A DNA stretch of 64,000 nucleotides from positions 75,136 to 139,135 of the forward strand of contig CAVVFL010000016.1 of assembly GCA_963747375.1 (NCBI GenBank). The letters are read 5' to 3'. Shown one piece after another: positions 32,438 to 42,579 of the stretch. Source of the DNA: Ilumatobacteraceae bacterium. Lineage in GTDB: Bacteria; Actinomycetota; Acidimicrobiia; Acidimicrobiales; Ilumatobacteraceae. Made by a program: the position numbers and the translations under genes. The notes under the pieces were generated by a model, which saw nothing but the letters and a program-made list of their open reading frames with translations, did not search any database and was not told the origin of the DNA. Numbering within the stretch: position 1 is the first letter of the stretch; each line of letters starts with the position of its first letter.

Positions 32438-33607
32438 CCGAGCACCAGCTCCGTCCACTCGTCGATCCAGGCGGCGCGATTCGCGTCGATCACCACGGGG
32501 TCGAGCGAACGTGACACCTCCGGCACGACGGCGAAGTCGACGAACTCCTGCGGCAGCTCGACCGCCTGGTTCGTCGGGTAGACGAACAGGTTGAGCGGGA
32601 GCTCGGACTGGAATTCCTCGCCGACGAGGAAGTCGACGAGCGCTCGGGCGGCATCGGGTGAGTCGGTGCCGCGCAGCACGCCGGCGAACTCGACCTGACG
32701 AAAGCACGTGTCCTCGACGACGCCGGTGGGCGAGTCCTCGCGGGGCGGGTCGGCGAAGATCACTTCCGCAGGCGGGCTGGAGCCGTAACTCACGACCATC
32801 GGCGTCGGGCCGCCACCGGCCCACGTGAACCGCTCGTAGTACGCCTGGGTCCAGCTGTCGACGACTTCGACCCCGTTGGCGCCGAGGTCACTCCAGTAGG
32901 CCTGCCAGCCTTCGAAGCCGTATTCGTCGATCGTCGCGAGGAGGAAGGCGAGCCCGGGCGACGACGTCGCGGGGTTCTCGACGACGAGCATGCCGGCGTA
33001 GGCGGGGTCGGCCAGATCGGCCAGCGTCGTGGGCGCATCGAGCCCGCGTTCGGCGAACCACCCGATGTCGTAGTTGACGCAGACGTCGCCGTAGTCGACG
33101 GGCGTCGCCTCGCCGTTCGGGACGAGCGACGTGAAGGCGTCGTCGATCGTGACCGACCCGTCGGCGACGCCGGCCGCCACATAGGGGTCGAACACACCGT
33201 CGCCGACCGCTCGGGAGAGCAGCGTGTTGTCGATGCCCCACATCACGTCGCCCTCGGGATTGCCGGCGGTGAGTGATGCCTTCGACAGCATCGTGCCGGC
33301 GTCGCCGGCCACGAGGATGTCGACGCCGATCCCGGTCTGTTGCGGTGAACGACGCGAGGGCGTCGTTGAGCGAGGTGTCGGCTTCGGGGAACGAGTCGTA
33401 GGTGACGAGCGTGATCGTCTCACCGCTCGTCGTCGGGCTCGTGTCGAGGGGGCCGGTCGGGGGCTGGCCCACGGCGACCGAATCGTTGCTCGTGTTGTTG
33501 TCGCTGCTGCCGCAGGCAGTCGCTGCGACGAGCACGGCTGCAGCTGCCACGATCGGCACCCATCGCGATGGTCGAGCCCACTCGGCCGCCGGTGTCGTGG
33601 CGCTCAT
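32434..33607 (-). CDS. thiB: Thiamine-type ABC substrate-binding lipoprotein; frame broken once near 33343
   Basis: Signal peptide plus lipobox (VLVAATACGSS) and ITLVTYDSFP are in the frame of ORF 32888..34288(-). The rest (QQTGIGVDILVAGDAG...VVSYGSSPP...) is in ORF 32434..33423(-). Confidence 0.7.
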
Positions 33608-34269
33608 CAGGCCTCCTCGGCGGGGACGTCGAAGATCGTGAGCGTGCCACCCGACAGCGACACCTCGACGACGACCGCACCGGCCCCCTCCGGGACCTCG
33701 TTGCTCACACCGAGACCGACGAGCGGGTCGATGTCGACGTCGGTCAGTTCCCATCGGGTGTTGCGCAACGTCACTCGGGTGCACGGTCCGTGGAGCGCGA
33801 GCAACGACAAGGTCGAGCCCGCCGCGAGGCGCAGAGTGGCGGAGCCCGGGCCCTGCACGACGGTGACGTGCTGTCCCTCCCACCACGCCTCGAGCAATGG
33901 AACGCTCGTGACGCTCAGGGCGCCGAGTGCGCCGATGCCGGCGATCGTGTGATCGAGCCGATTTCCGCCACCGACCAGCGTGATCCGGTCCGGATCGAGA
34001 CCCGCCGCGACGGCGAGCGCGAGTTCGGTGTCGGTGCGGTCCTTGTCGGTCGGGTGCCGTTCGATCGATGCGTGACGGGCGGCCCAGGCCAGACCGTCGT
34101 CGGTCACCGAGTCGAGGTCGCCGACGACCCGGGTCGGTTCGAGCCCGACAGCCAGGGCATGGTCGAGACCGCCGTCGACAGCGATCAACAGTGCGTCGGG
34201 CGGGATGCGAGCGACGACCTCGGGCGAGATCGGAGCGGCCCCGGTGATGATGACGACATGTTCGTTCAC
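33607..34269 (-). CDS. thiN: Thiamine pyrophosphokinase
   Basis: Intact 220 aa with a GTG start. Contains IAVDGG...VVGDLDS...HPTDKDRTDTELAL...LVGGGGNRLDH. Confidence 0.8.
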   Translation of the reverse strand: MNEHVVIITGAAPISPEVVARIPPDALLIAVDGGLDHALAVGLEPTRVVGDLDSVTDDGLAWAARHASIERHPTDKDRTDTELALAVAAGLDPDRITLVGGGNRLDHTIAGIGALGALSVTSVPLLEAWWEGQHVTVVQGPGSATLRLAAGSTLSLLALHGPCTRVTLRNTRWELTDVDIDPLVGLGVSNEVPEGAGAVVVEVSLSGGTLTIFDVPAEEA

Positions 34270-34271
34270 GA

Positions 34272-34375
34272 TGTTCCTCCGCCGGCATTATCCGGATCAG
34301 GTTCGTGGGTCGGCGGCGGCGGTCGCCCTCTCAGCCCGCCGTTCCAGCGAGCTCCCCGTGGGTTGTGTCGTCGAC
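34272..34375 (-). promoter_or_regulatory. TPP (THI-box) riboswitch
   Basis: The minus strand reads ACGGGGAGCTCGCTGGAACGGCGGGCTGAGAGGGCGACC...GACCCACGAACCTGATCCGGATAATGCCGGCGGAGGAACATC-GTG. This matches the conserved CTGAGA...ACC...GAACCTGATC.GGATAATGCC.GCG.AGG core. The GGAGGA at its 3' end doubles as the RBS of thiN. Confidence 0.85.
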
Positions 34376-34409
34376 GCTACCTCACAGAACGTCGGGAACA
34401 CCGGGAGCG

Positions 34410-37400
34410 CTACCCGATTCGGGCGAGCGCAACGTCGATGCGTCCGCCGAGACCTGCGTATCCGTGTTCCACGGCGACTCGCGCGGCCTGCTCGAGAAGC
34501 GGGCGAGAGCGTTCGAGATCGTCCGCGTGCTGTCGCTCGATCAACATCTCGGCGTACAGGAGGTCGGCCTCGGCGGCATGGAACTTCGTGTGGGCACGAT
34601 GACAGGCCTCGCGCGAGGCGTTCAATCGGGCCTCAGCTTCGTCGTAGCGCTGCAGGAGCGTGGCGAGCGCGCCCACGTACGAGTCGACCGGACCGGCGAT
34701 CGTGACGCCGCCGGCGGTGGCGAACTGGCCTCCGAACGGGGCAAGGCGATCGTAGATCGGCTCGGCGAGGGCCGGGTCACCCACCGCGTGCGCGGTGATC
34801 GCCCACTCTGACATTCCATTCATCCAGGTGGTGTCGTCGCGAAGCACGCATCCCCGAGCGATGAACGACTCGAGCAGTTGCCTCGCATCGTCGACACGGT
34901 CGGACGCGATGTAGGTGGTGGCGAGTACTCCGGGCAGGCTTTGGAGGCCGGGCGAATCGATCATCATCTGTTCGATGATCGGAGTGAGTTCGCCCATGGT
35001 GCCGCGCTGGTAGCTGACGGCAGCCAGTTGCGCCCCGTAGAACGTGACAGCGTCCGGCTGGCCGGATTCCAGCCCGAGCGTGAGCGCTTGGGTGGCGAGC
35101 GCTTCGGCTTCGTCGGTGTCGCCGGCGATCAACTTGCGTTTGGCGATGTGGAACGTGTACTCCCAGTTCAGGGCCGGCTGATCGAGTTGGGCTGCGAGTT
35201 CACCGACGATCGCATAGCAACGATCCATCTCGTCGACGTCGAAGGCTCGTGATGCGAGGGTCGCGCGCGAGACCGCAACGTTGAAGTGGAGCACGGGATC
35301 GCCGACGCGGGCTGCCAGGGTCAGCGCTCGCTCCGACCATGCCATCGACTGTTCGACCAGCCACGGGACCATCAGCGGGTACACCGTGTGGTTGAGCACC
35401 CGGACCGTGACTTCGTCGTCCGACAGTGCGTCCGCAGCGGCGACTGCCTCGTTGGCCACGCGGAGGCGGTCGTCGACCGAGTCGGTGAACGCCATCTCCG
35501 AGCAGAGCGTTCCGAGCAGCAGCGCCCGGTCGCGGGATTCGGCGGGGACGCGTTCGAGCGCCAGCTCGAGCAAGTCGACCTTCTCCTGGTCGACATCGCC
35601 GCTGGAGCTGTACCAGCCGCGGCTGTTCGCCAACACAGCGGTCACGAGCCGATCGTTGTCGTTGATCGCTGCGGCACCTCGGGCCGCGCCGAGCAGCGTC
35701 TCGCGGAACGCCGGGTCGCCGGTCTGCTGTTGGGCAGTGCCGAGCCCGATCGCGATGTCGATCGCCAGCACTTCGTCGTGGGTCATCGAGCTCGCCGAGC
35801 CGCTCGTTCGCTTGTTCGAAATGGCGCCGAGCGTCCGACGGCGCCAGCGACTTCAACGCGGCATCCCCGGCGAGTCGGGCGTACTGAATGGCCTGCGGAG
35901 CGTCGGACGAACGTCCGGTCAGGCCCCAGTGGCGGGCGAGCTCGGTGACGCGGGCCCCGGAGCCCGACATCCCTTCGAGTGCGACAGCCACTGCTCGGTG
36001 GGTGGTGGCTTGACGGGTCCGACCGAGGTCCTGATAGAGCGCGTGCTGGATCAGGGCGTGCGAGAACTGGTAGTTCCCGGGGCCGTCGGTGAGCTCGTTG
36101 ACGAGCGACGTCGCCTGGGCTTCGTCGAGCACTTCGAGGAGATCGAACTCGGAGATGTTCGTGGATGCGGCCAGCAGCTCGAGATCGAAGTCGCGTCCGA
36201 TGACCGCGGCGACCGAGAGCGTTCGCGCGGCCGAGGCACCGAGTCGGCCGAGCCTGGCGCCGATGACGACCCGAATGCTGTCGGGGAGGCTCAACTCCTC
36301 GATCTCGAGGCTGCTGAACCATCGACCGTTCTCGTCCTGCTCGATCGCCCCGGTTTCTGCGAGGTGGCTGAGCAGCTCGCGGACGAAGAAGGGGTTGCCG
36401 TCGGTCTCGGCATGAATCGCGTGGGCGAGATCGAGTCCGGCGACATCGAGTTCATAGCCGGCGGTCGCGGCCATGAACGCCAGCACGCCTTCGTTCGTGA
36501 AACCTCCCAACTCGATCTGGCTGACCGCAGGCTGGCGATGCAGCGCGGCCAACGTGTCGAGGAATGGATGCGTCGTCGACAACTCGCTGTCGCGGAGCGT
36601 GCCGATGACCGTGACGCGGAGGTGCTGCTCCGCTGTGGCGAAGTGCCGGAGGAGCTGGAGACTCGCGGTATCCGCCCACTGCAGATCATCGAGTACCAGC
36701 ACGATCGGGTGATCGTGCGACGCATCGGCGATGAGGCCGACAACCGCCGCGAAGAGGAGGAAGCGCTCGGATTCGGCATCGGTCGCTTTCCTCGGCGGGA
36801 GCTCCGGAACGCGCTGTGCGAGGGTCGGCACCAGGCTGATCAGCTCGGAGCCGTGCAGCGCGACGTGTTTGTCGAGCAGTTCCTCGGGAGCGTGTGCCAC
36901 GTAGTGGCTGAGTGCTTCGGCGAACAGCTGATACGGCCGGGCGATGTCTTCCTCGCAGTGACCGAAGATCACATCGGCTCCGTTGTCGAATGCCCGACGA
37001 GCAGCCTCGGCGACGAGTGTCGTCTTGCCGAGACCGGCCTCTCCCGACACCACGACGATCTCCCGTTGGCCCGTGGTGCTCGCTCGGTTCACTGCCGCGG
37101 CGAGCGTGGCGAGTTCGTCGTCACGTCCGACGACGCCGACGCTCGGTCGCAATGCGACGCGCCCGGGAAGGGGAATCCCGATCGGCGTTCCGGCTTCATC
37201 TCGCGGCTCCCACTCGACGCGCAGCACGTCGACCTCGTACAGCAGGCCTTTGAGCGTTCGTGGTCCGAGCCGTGTCGTGGCGTGCCGGTTCCTCCGACCC
37301 GCCATGAGCCGTACGGCTTCGGCCATCAGGATCTCGCCCCGTTCGCACGCGGCGCAGAGTCGTGCGGCCTCGACGATCGGGTCACCGAAATAGTCGTCGT

Positions 37401-37716
37401 CCTCGCGGCTCACGTCGCCGCCGCTGACCCCGACGCGCAGGCCGACCGAATGCGTGTGTCGGCGGTTCTCCAGGTCGACTGCCTGCTGCATCTCGACGGC
37501 CGCCGAGACGCATCCCGAGGCGGAACCGAACACGGCCATGACGCCGTCGCCGAGGTTCTTGACCTCGGTGCCGCCGTGGTCGTCGATCACCGCGCGGAGT
37601 GTTTCGAAGTGCGAGCGTCGGATCGCGTCCGCCTCCTCGGGGGAGTGCACCATGGCCAGAGCGGTCGAGCCGACGATGTCGGTGAAGAGCACGGCGACGG
37701 TCTCGGGCTGTGTCAT
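34410..37716 (-). CDS. Class III adenylate/guanylate cyclase - AAA/STAND ATPase - TPR-like repeat protein (~1100 aa); frame broken once near 35786
   Basis: The cyclase domain (VAVLFTDIVGSTAL...EVKNLGDGVMAVF...GDPIVEAARL) and P-loop (VVSGEAGLGKTTLV...LVLDDLQWAD) are in ORF 35200..37893(-). The helical repeat C-terminus is in ORF 34410..35786(-). No DNA-binding domain was seen. Confidence 0.8.
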
Positions 37717-37723
37717 GGTCTGC

Positions 37724-39157
37724 CTACTGTTCGTTGCCACCGAGGTGGCGCAGTGCTGGGATGCTCGGGAGGAAGAAGTACTCACCACCGCGAGTGTGGA
37801 CGAATCGGGGAAAGCCGCGCAGCGTGATCGAGGAACTCCCGACCGGCAGCGTGAACGAGCTGAACTGCGGGTCGTTGTTGCCGACCACGGCATCGTTGGT
37901 GCCCGTCAGCCGGGGATCCTGGAGACCGAGGTTCATCCAGTCGTACTGGAGGGCCTCGAACTGGACGATCAGGCTCGCACAGATGAACTGGCCGAGGAGA
38001 CCGCGCTCCTCGCCGTCGGGACGGGCCGGATCGAACGCCGCTCCGTAGGGAATGCCCCGTCGGATGATGCGACGCGCGTGGTTCGTCTTGCGCTGCACGA
38101 TCTGGGCATCGCGCGGATTGCATCGGCGCATGTGGCTGCCGATCGGACACGTGGTGCCGTCGGGATCCTCGGCATAGCCGTAGTCGTTGATCCGCTCGAC
38201 ACCCACCGGCGGATCGGGCGTCGGGGTCGTGGGCGACAGCATCAGCGGGACGCCGTTGCGCCAGCGCCCCAGGACCTTCGCGGCGACGAGTTCGCGCATC
38301 GCCTCGTGTCGCGTCACGGGCGGGTCCCATTGCGCCTCGACGCCCGGCGGCAGCACCTCGTCGGCGAGCGGGCTCGCCAGAATGGTGTCGGCCGACTCGC
38401 TCAGGAACGATTCGAACTCTTCGACGCGTTGTTCGAGCACCCGAAACGCGTTGAAGCTTCCGTCCAGTCCGAGGACGGCGGGCTGCGGCACCTCCCAGTG
38501 GAGGTTCTCCACCGGGGTCTTGTACCCGAGCAGCGCCGCCCCGATCTCCGCGAGCGGCTGGCGGTCCGGCCTGTCCTCGGGGTCACGGATGTTGCGGAAA
38601 TGTGGCTGCGAGATGCTGTCCTTGTAGCCGAAGTGGACGACTCCGTCCGGGAATCCGGCGCCGTCGAGACGGGCGAGCTCGACGAACGCTCGACCGGAGC
38701 CTGCGGCGAGCACCCGATCGGCGATGGTGTCGCGGTCGGCGGTCTCGTCTGCGTGAACGGTGACCATCAGGTGCACCTTCGACGGATCCCGCCACTCGGG
38801 CTTCCAGGTCGTGGGGTCACTTGGGCCGGTGTCGCCCAACTTGCGCGAGCGTGAGGCCATCCCGTCTGCGAACTCGTGTGGGAAACTGTCGAGCGACTTC
38901 TGCGAAACGCCCAGCGCGGCGAGGCCGTGGTACGAGATGCCGACGTTGACGCATGCCGTCGGCGGGTCGTCGCCCCACTCGGCCAGGGTGATCTGAGGCG
39001 CCAGCGCCTCGTCGCCGCTCGTCGCGTCGAGCAGCCAACGCCTGGCAGCTGCTCGATCCCCGACGCGCAGCACGAGGTGGCGCACGAGCTGCTTGCGGTA
39101 GCCGCGCAGGATGTTCCCCTGGATCTGCGACAGGTCGGGTTCCCTGTCCGGAGTCAC
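37724..39157 (-). CDS. DyP-type (dye-decolorizing) peroxidase family protein
   Basis: The GTG start overlaps the upstream stop (GTGA at 39154-39157). Intact 477 aa with DyP motifs: SQIQGNILRGY, HFGYKDSISQP (the GxxDG-equivalent position) and CPIGSHMRRCNPRD (proximal His region). Confidence 0.75.
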   Translation of the reverse strand: MTPDREPDLSQIQGNILRGYRKQLVRHLVLRVGDRAAARRWLLDATSGDEALAPQITLAEWGDDPPTACVNVGISYHGLAALGVSQKSLDSFPHEFADGMASRSRKLGDTGPSDPTTWKPEWRDPSKVHLMVTVHADETADRDTIADRVLAAGSGRAFVELARLDGAGFPDGVVHFGYKDSISQPHFRNIRDPEDRPDRQPLAEIGAALLGYKTPVENLHWEVPQPAVLGLDGSFNAFRVLEQRVEEFESFLSESADTILASPLADEVLPPGVEAQWDPPVTRHEAMRELVAAKVLGRWRNGVPLMLSPTTPTPDPPVGVERINDYGYAEDPDGTTCPIGSHMRRCNPRDAQIVQRKTNHARRIIRRGIPYGAAFDPARPDGEERGLLGQFICASLIVQFEALQYDWMNLGLQDPRLTGTNDAVVGNNDPQFSSFTLPVGSSSITLRGFPRFVHTRGGEYFFLPSIPALRHLGGNEQ

Positions 39158-39783
39158 CAGCCGCTCCCCGTTGCCATGCGGATCTGTGCCGCCGACAGGC
39201 CCGGGTAGTTGCTGAACCGTCCGATCTGGATGTTCGCGTTCTGGTCGAGGAGGAGCACGAGGTCGCGGGAGAGATTCTTGATGTGGGGTTCGTCGGGGAA
39301 CAGCATGGTGAGATCGCCGGGGATCTGAACCGAGTCGTGGCGCCCGATCCAGTCGATGAAGTCCTGAGGTGCGGTCTCGCACGGATGCGGCGGTGGGTCC
39401 ACCACGATCTTCATCAGGGCGTCGAAGACCGATCCGAACACGGAGATGAAGTCACGGATGTAGGCCTCGAAATCGCCGTCGTACACGGAGAACATGCACA
39501 GGTTGCCGCCGACGAGATCGAAGCGCGCCTGGTGCACGGTGCCGACGTTGCTGAGCCCTGTGAACACCTCGTCGATCGAGGCGGCCACCGCCTGCACGGC
39601 AGCTGCTCGTCCCACCGCGGTCTGGTCGGCGAGCGGCATCACCAGGTTCATGTGGCGTTGCAGATTGTCGGCGGGGGCCGTCAGGAACGGCGGCCGCGGT
39701 GTGGTCACCGGTGACGCTCGACGCCAGAAGCTGATCAGGATCCGTTCGAGCAGGATCTCGCCTCGTTGTCGTAGACCGGTCAT
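39154..39783 (-). CDS. Hypothetical 209-aa protein, no family recognised
   Basis: Intact ORF, translationally coupled on both sides (ATGA at 39780-39783, GTGA at 39154-39157). Contains VHQARFDLVGGNLCMFSVYDGDFEAYIRDFISVFGSVFDALM. Confidence 0.65.
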   Translation of the reverse strand: MTGLRQRGEILLERILISFWRRASPVTTPRPPFLTAPADNLQRHMNLVMPLADQTAVGRAAAVQAVAASIDEVFTGLSNVGTVHQARFDLVGGNLCMFSVYDGDFEAYIRDFISVFGSVFDALMKIVVDPPPHPCETAPQDFIDWIGRHDSVQIPGDLTMLFPDEPHIKNLSRDLVLLLDQNANIQIGRFSNYPGLSAAQIRMATGSGW

Positions 39784-40874
39784 GCGTCGCCTTTCATCAC
39801 GGGGCACCCGTGTCCACCGCGCTTCGTGCACGAGAACGCGTACGTCCAGCCGCGAGCAGCGAGGATGGGATCGTCGGAACATTCGAATCCGGGCACCACA
39901 CGCGTCGGATTGAAGCTGAGCTTCTCGGTCTCGGCGCTGTCGATCAGGCCCGTCAGGGTCAACTCCCCCAAGACGATGCGTGGCCGCGTGGTGTCCCACA
40001 GCACCGTCGGATCGTCGAGGTCGTCGCCCTGCTGAGCGAGCACCATTCGCAGGACGAACCGTGTCGGGGTGCGAGCGATGCGGCGGCCGAGTTCGGCGCG
40101 CAGGTAGTTGTCGGGGAGTTCGCTGTTGTTCTCCGGCCGCCCTCCCGCAACCGGTTCCCACGTGAACCGGGCGTAGCGAACGACGCCCTCGGAATCGGTG
40201 AGCTTGAACGTGTGGAGCGCGTGATAGGTGGCCCTGGCGAAACTGGTCGGCGTCGGGAGCATCGTCGCGGCGACGAATCCGGGTCGTGCCGATTTGACGC
40301 GATCGACATAGCGAACCACTCCTGCCTCACCGCTCGTCGTCTGCCCGGGGTCCAGATCCGGATCGGGTTGGTGGAGTTGCAGCTTTGCGATCAGCTTGGC
40401 CAGCCACGACGGCGAGTGCGCCCGCTTCGGAACACCATCCTGTGCGAAGTGGAGGAAATCGCGAGGGTCCTTGGCGAAGAACACGGGAAGCGTGATCATG
40501 ATCAGGTCGGCGTCGATGTCGTTCGCGAAGTGGAACTTGACCGACATTCCTCGCACGTCGAGGTCGTGGTCGCGTTCGACTCGTGAGCCCGAGCCATTGG
40601 AGTATCGAACGGTGACCGGCACACGGCCACCGGCGAAATGTGGCGCCGCCGAGTAGGCGCCGGCCACCGTGGACGGCGCGAAGAACCCGATCGCGCCGAT
40701 GCCGATGGCGTGGACCGGTCGGGTTCCCGGAAGGTTGTCCGGGTAGTCGGACAGGAGGGCGTTGTAGAGCGCCTCTGCGGAAACTTCGTCTGTGTCGGCG
40801 ACTGCCACGATCACTCCCCCTGTTGTCGTGCCTGCGGACATTAGTGCAACGACGGGGCGGCCCGAATGTGACAT
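39780..40874 (-). CDS. Catalase-related haem protein (small catalase-core family)
   Basis: Intact 364 aa. The distal-His motif is TRPVHAIGIGAIGFF. Also has VTVRYSNGSG...DVRGMSVKF. The proximal-Tyr pattern R-x3-Y-x6-R is in ARGWTYAFSCTKR. It lacks the size of a canonical catalase. Confidence 0.7.
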   Translation of the reverse strand: MSHSGRPVVALMSAGTTTGGVIVAVADTDEVSAEALYNALLSDYPDNLPGTRPVHAIGIGAIGFFAPSTVAGAYSAAPHFAGGRVPVTVRYSNGSGSRVERDHDLDVRGMSVKFHFANDIDADLIMITLPVFFAKDPRDFLHFAQDGVPKRAHSPSWLAKLIAKLQLHQPDPDLDPGQTTSGEAGVVRYVDRVKSARPGFVAATMLPTPTSFARATYHALHTFKLTDSEGVVRYARFTWEPVAGGRPENNSELPDNYLRAELGRRIARTPTRFVLRMVLAQQGDDLDDPTVLWDTTRPRIVLGELTLTGLIDSAETEKLSFNPTRVVPGFECSDDPILAARGWTYAFSCTKRGGHGCPVMKGDA

Positions 40875-40907
40875 GTGTGCCGGTCGGAACGTCTGAGGAC
40901 GCGCAGG

Positions 40908-41643
40908 TCAGAGCATCTTGATGCACATTGCAGCGGCCGACGCTCCCAACATCGCGATGATCGCCAGGTCGAAACCGCGACCCGAGAAGGAGTTGCGCAG
41001 ACGGGTGCCGATGGGGATCGACACCAAGACCGGGATGCAGGCGAGCAGGGTCGCCTGGACGCGACCGGCGAGTTCCCCCGTGCTGACGAGGACGACGAGT
41101 TGCGTGAGGCCGGTGATGAAGAACAGCGACGTCACCGACAGGATGTGCGCGCTGCGCGGGAGCCGGTAGCTGTGGATCCACGACCCGACGATCGGCCCGG
41201 AGATTCCGACGGCGCCCTGGAAGACTCCGGCGACACCGCCGACCAACGGTGCGAGGCGCTTCGAACGAGCGGGGCTCGTGCGGAGGTCGGGGTGGGCGAA
41301 GAACAGCACGATGTAGCCGACGATCGCCACGATCACCGCAACGATCGAGCGGCGTCTCGGGAATGTTGACGAGCAGCAACGTCCCCGCGATCGCCCCGAT
41401 CACCCCGACGCTCGCGAGCGTCGGAAGGTCACGGGTCTGCGGGTAGCTGTGGCGTTCCTTGGCTGCCAGCGTGGCGTTGGCGAGCACGTTCGGAAAGGCG
41501 ATCACCACGATCGCCGTGTCGACGTCGACGAACAGCGACGCGATCGGGATGGCGATCAGGGGCAGGCCCATCCCGGTGACCGCCTTGGCGATTGCCCCGA
41601 TGACGACGGCGACGAGAACGACGAGGAGTTCGCCGCCGGTCAC
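40908..41643 (-). CDS. TauE/SafE (DUF81) sulfite-exporter-family membrane protein; frame broken once near 41350
   Basis: The N-terminus (AKAVTGMGLPLIAIPIASLFVD...) is in ORF 40327..41685(-). The C-terminus (GAVGISGPIVGSWI...LVSIPIGTRL) is in ORF 40908..41336(-). The start is GTG 41643 or ATG 41685. Confidence 0.7.
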
Positions 41644-41656
41644 CGGCGCGGGTCCG

Positions 41657-42508
41657 TCATGGCGTCGGACCGGTGGCGACCGCACGGTCGGGGTCGGCCG
41701 ACCATGCCGACCACGATCCGACGAACACTCGCGGGCGGCCGAGTCCGAGGTGCTCCATCACCAGCGCGTTGTGGCAGGCGGTGACGCCCGAGCCGCAGTA
41801 CACGATCGGGTCGTCGTCGGCCGCAGCGACGGCGAACCGCTCGGTGAGTTCCGCCGGCTCACGAAATCGCGACGCCGCGTCGAGATTGTCGATGTAGAGG
41901 AGATTGATCGCGCCGGGGATGTGGCCGGCAACGGCATCGATCGGCTCGACCTCGCCGGCGTAGCGGGCCGGATCGCGACTGTCGATCACGATGCCGCCCG
42001 CGCTGATGTGCAGGGCGACGGCGTCGGCGTCGGCCACCGCATCGGACGGCCACGGATGCACGCCTCGATCGATCGGCTCGACGCCGACGGGCCCGCTCTC
42101 GAGGTCGCCGTCCCACCCACCGAGACCACCGTCGAGGAGTGCGGCCGGTTGTCCGAGCACCCGCAGCATCCAGACGAGTCGTCCGGCGAGTCCGCCGCCG
42201 CCTCGACGATCGTACGCGACGACGATCGCCTCGTCGCCGATGCCGAGCGATCCGAGATCGTGCGCGAAGTCTTCCGGCGTGGGGAGCGGGTGGCGCCCCC
42301 CGGTCGGTGACGGGGGCCCGGCCAGCACGGTGTCGAGCGACACGTACCGGGCACCGGGAATGTGCCGATCCCGGTGCTTCGCCTCGGGGTCGGCATCGGC
42401 CATCGACGAACCGACCTCGCAGACGACGACGTCGGCACGGTGATCGGCCAGCCAGTCGGCACTCACGATCGGGGGCAGCGACTCGGCAGTTCCGGGCGTC
42501 AGCGACAT
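41657..42508 (-). CDS. Thiosulfate/3-mercaptopyruvate sulfurtransferase (tandem rhodanese)
   Basis: Intact 283 aa. Contains VSADWLADH...HIPGARYV...GHIPGAINL...VYCGSGVTAC (active-site Cys loop). Confidence 0.85.
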   Translation of the reverse strand: MSLTPGTAESLPPIVSADWLADHRADVVVCEVGSSMADADPEAKHRDRHIPGARYVSLDTVLAGPPSPTGGRHPLPTPEDFAHDLGSLGIGDEAIVVAYDRRGGGGLAGRLVWMLRVLGQPAALLDGGLGGWDGDLESGPVGVEPIDRGVHPWPSDAVADADAVALHISAGGIVIDSRDPARYAGEVEPIDAVAGHIPGAINLLYIDNLDAASRFREPAELTERFAVAAADDDPIVYCGSGVTACHNALVMEHLGLGRPRVFVGSWSAWSADPDRAVATGPTP

Positions 42509-42579
42509 GTGTTCACTCTGCCACGCCGCCGCGGTCTGTCGGCGGGATCCGGCGGTGGGTCGTGTGCAACGATGACCGG

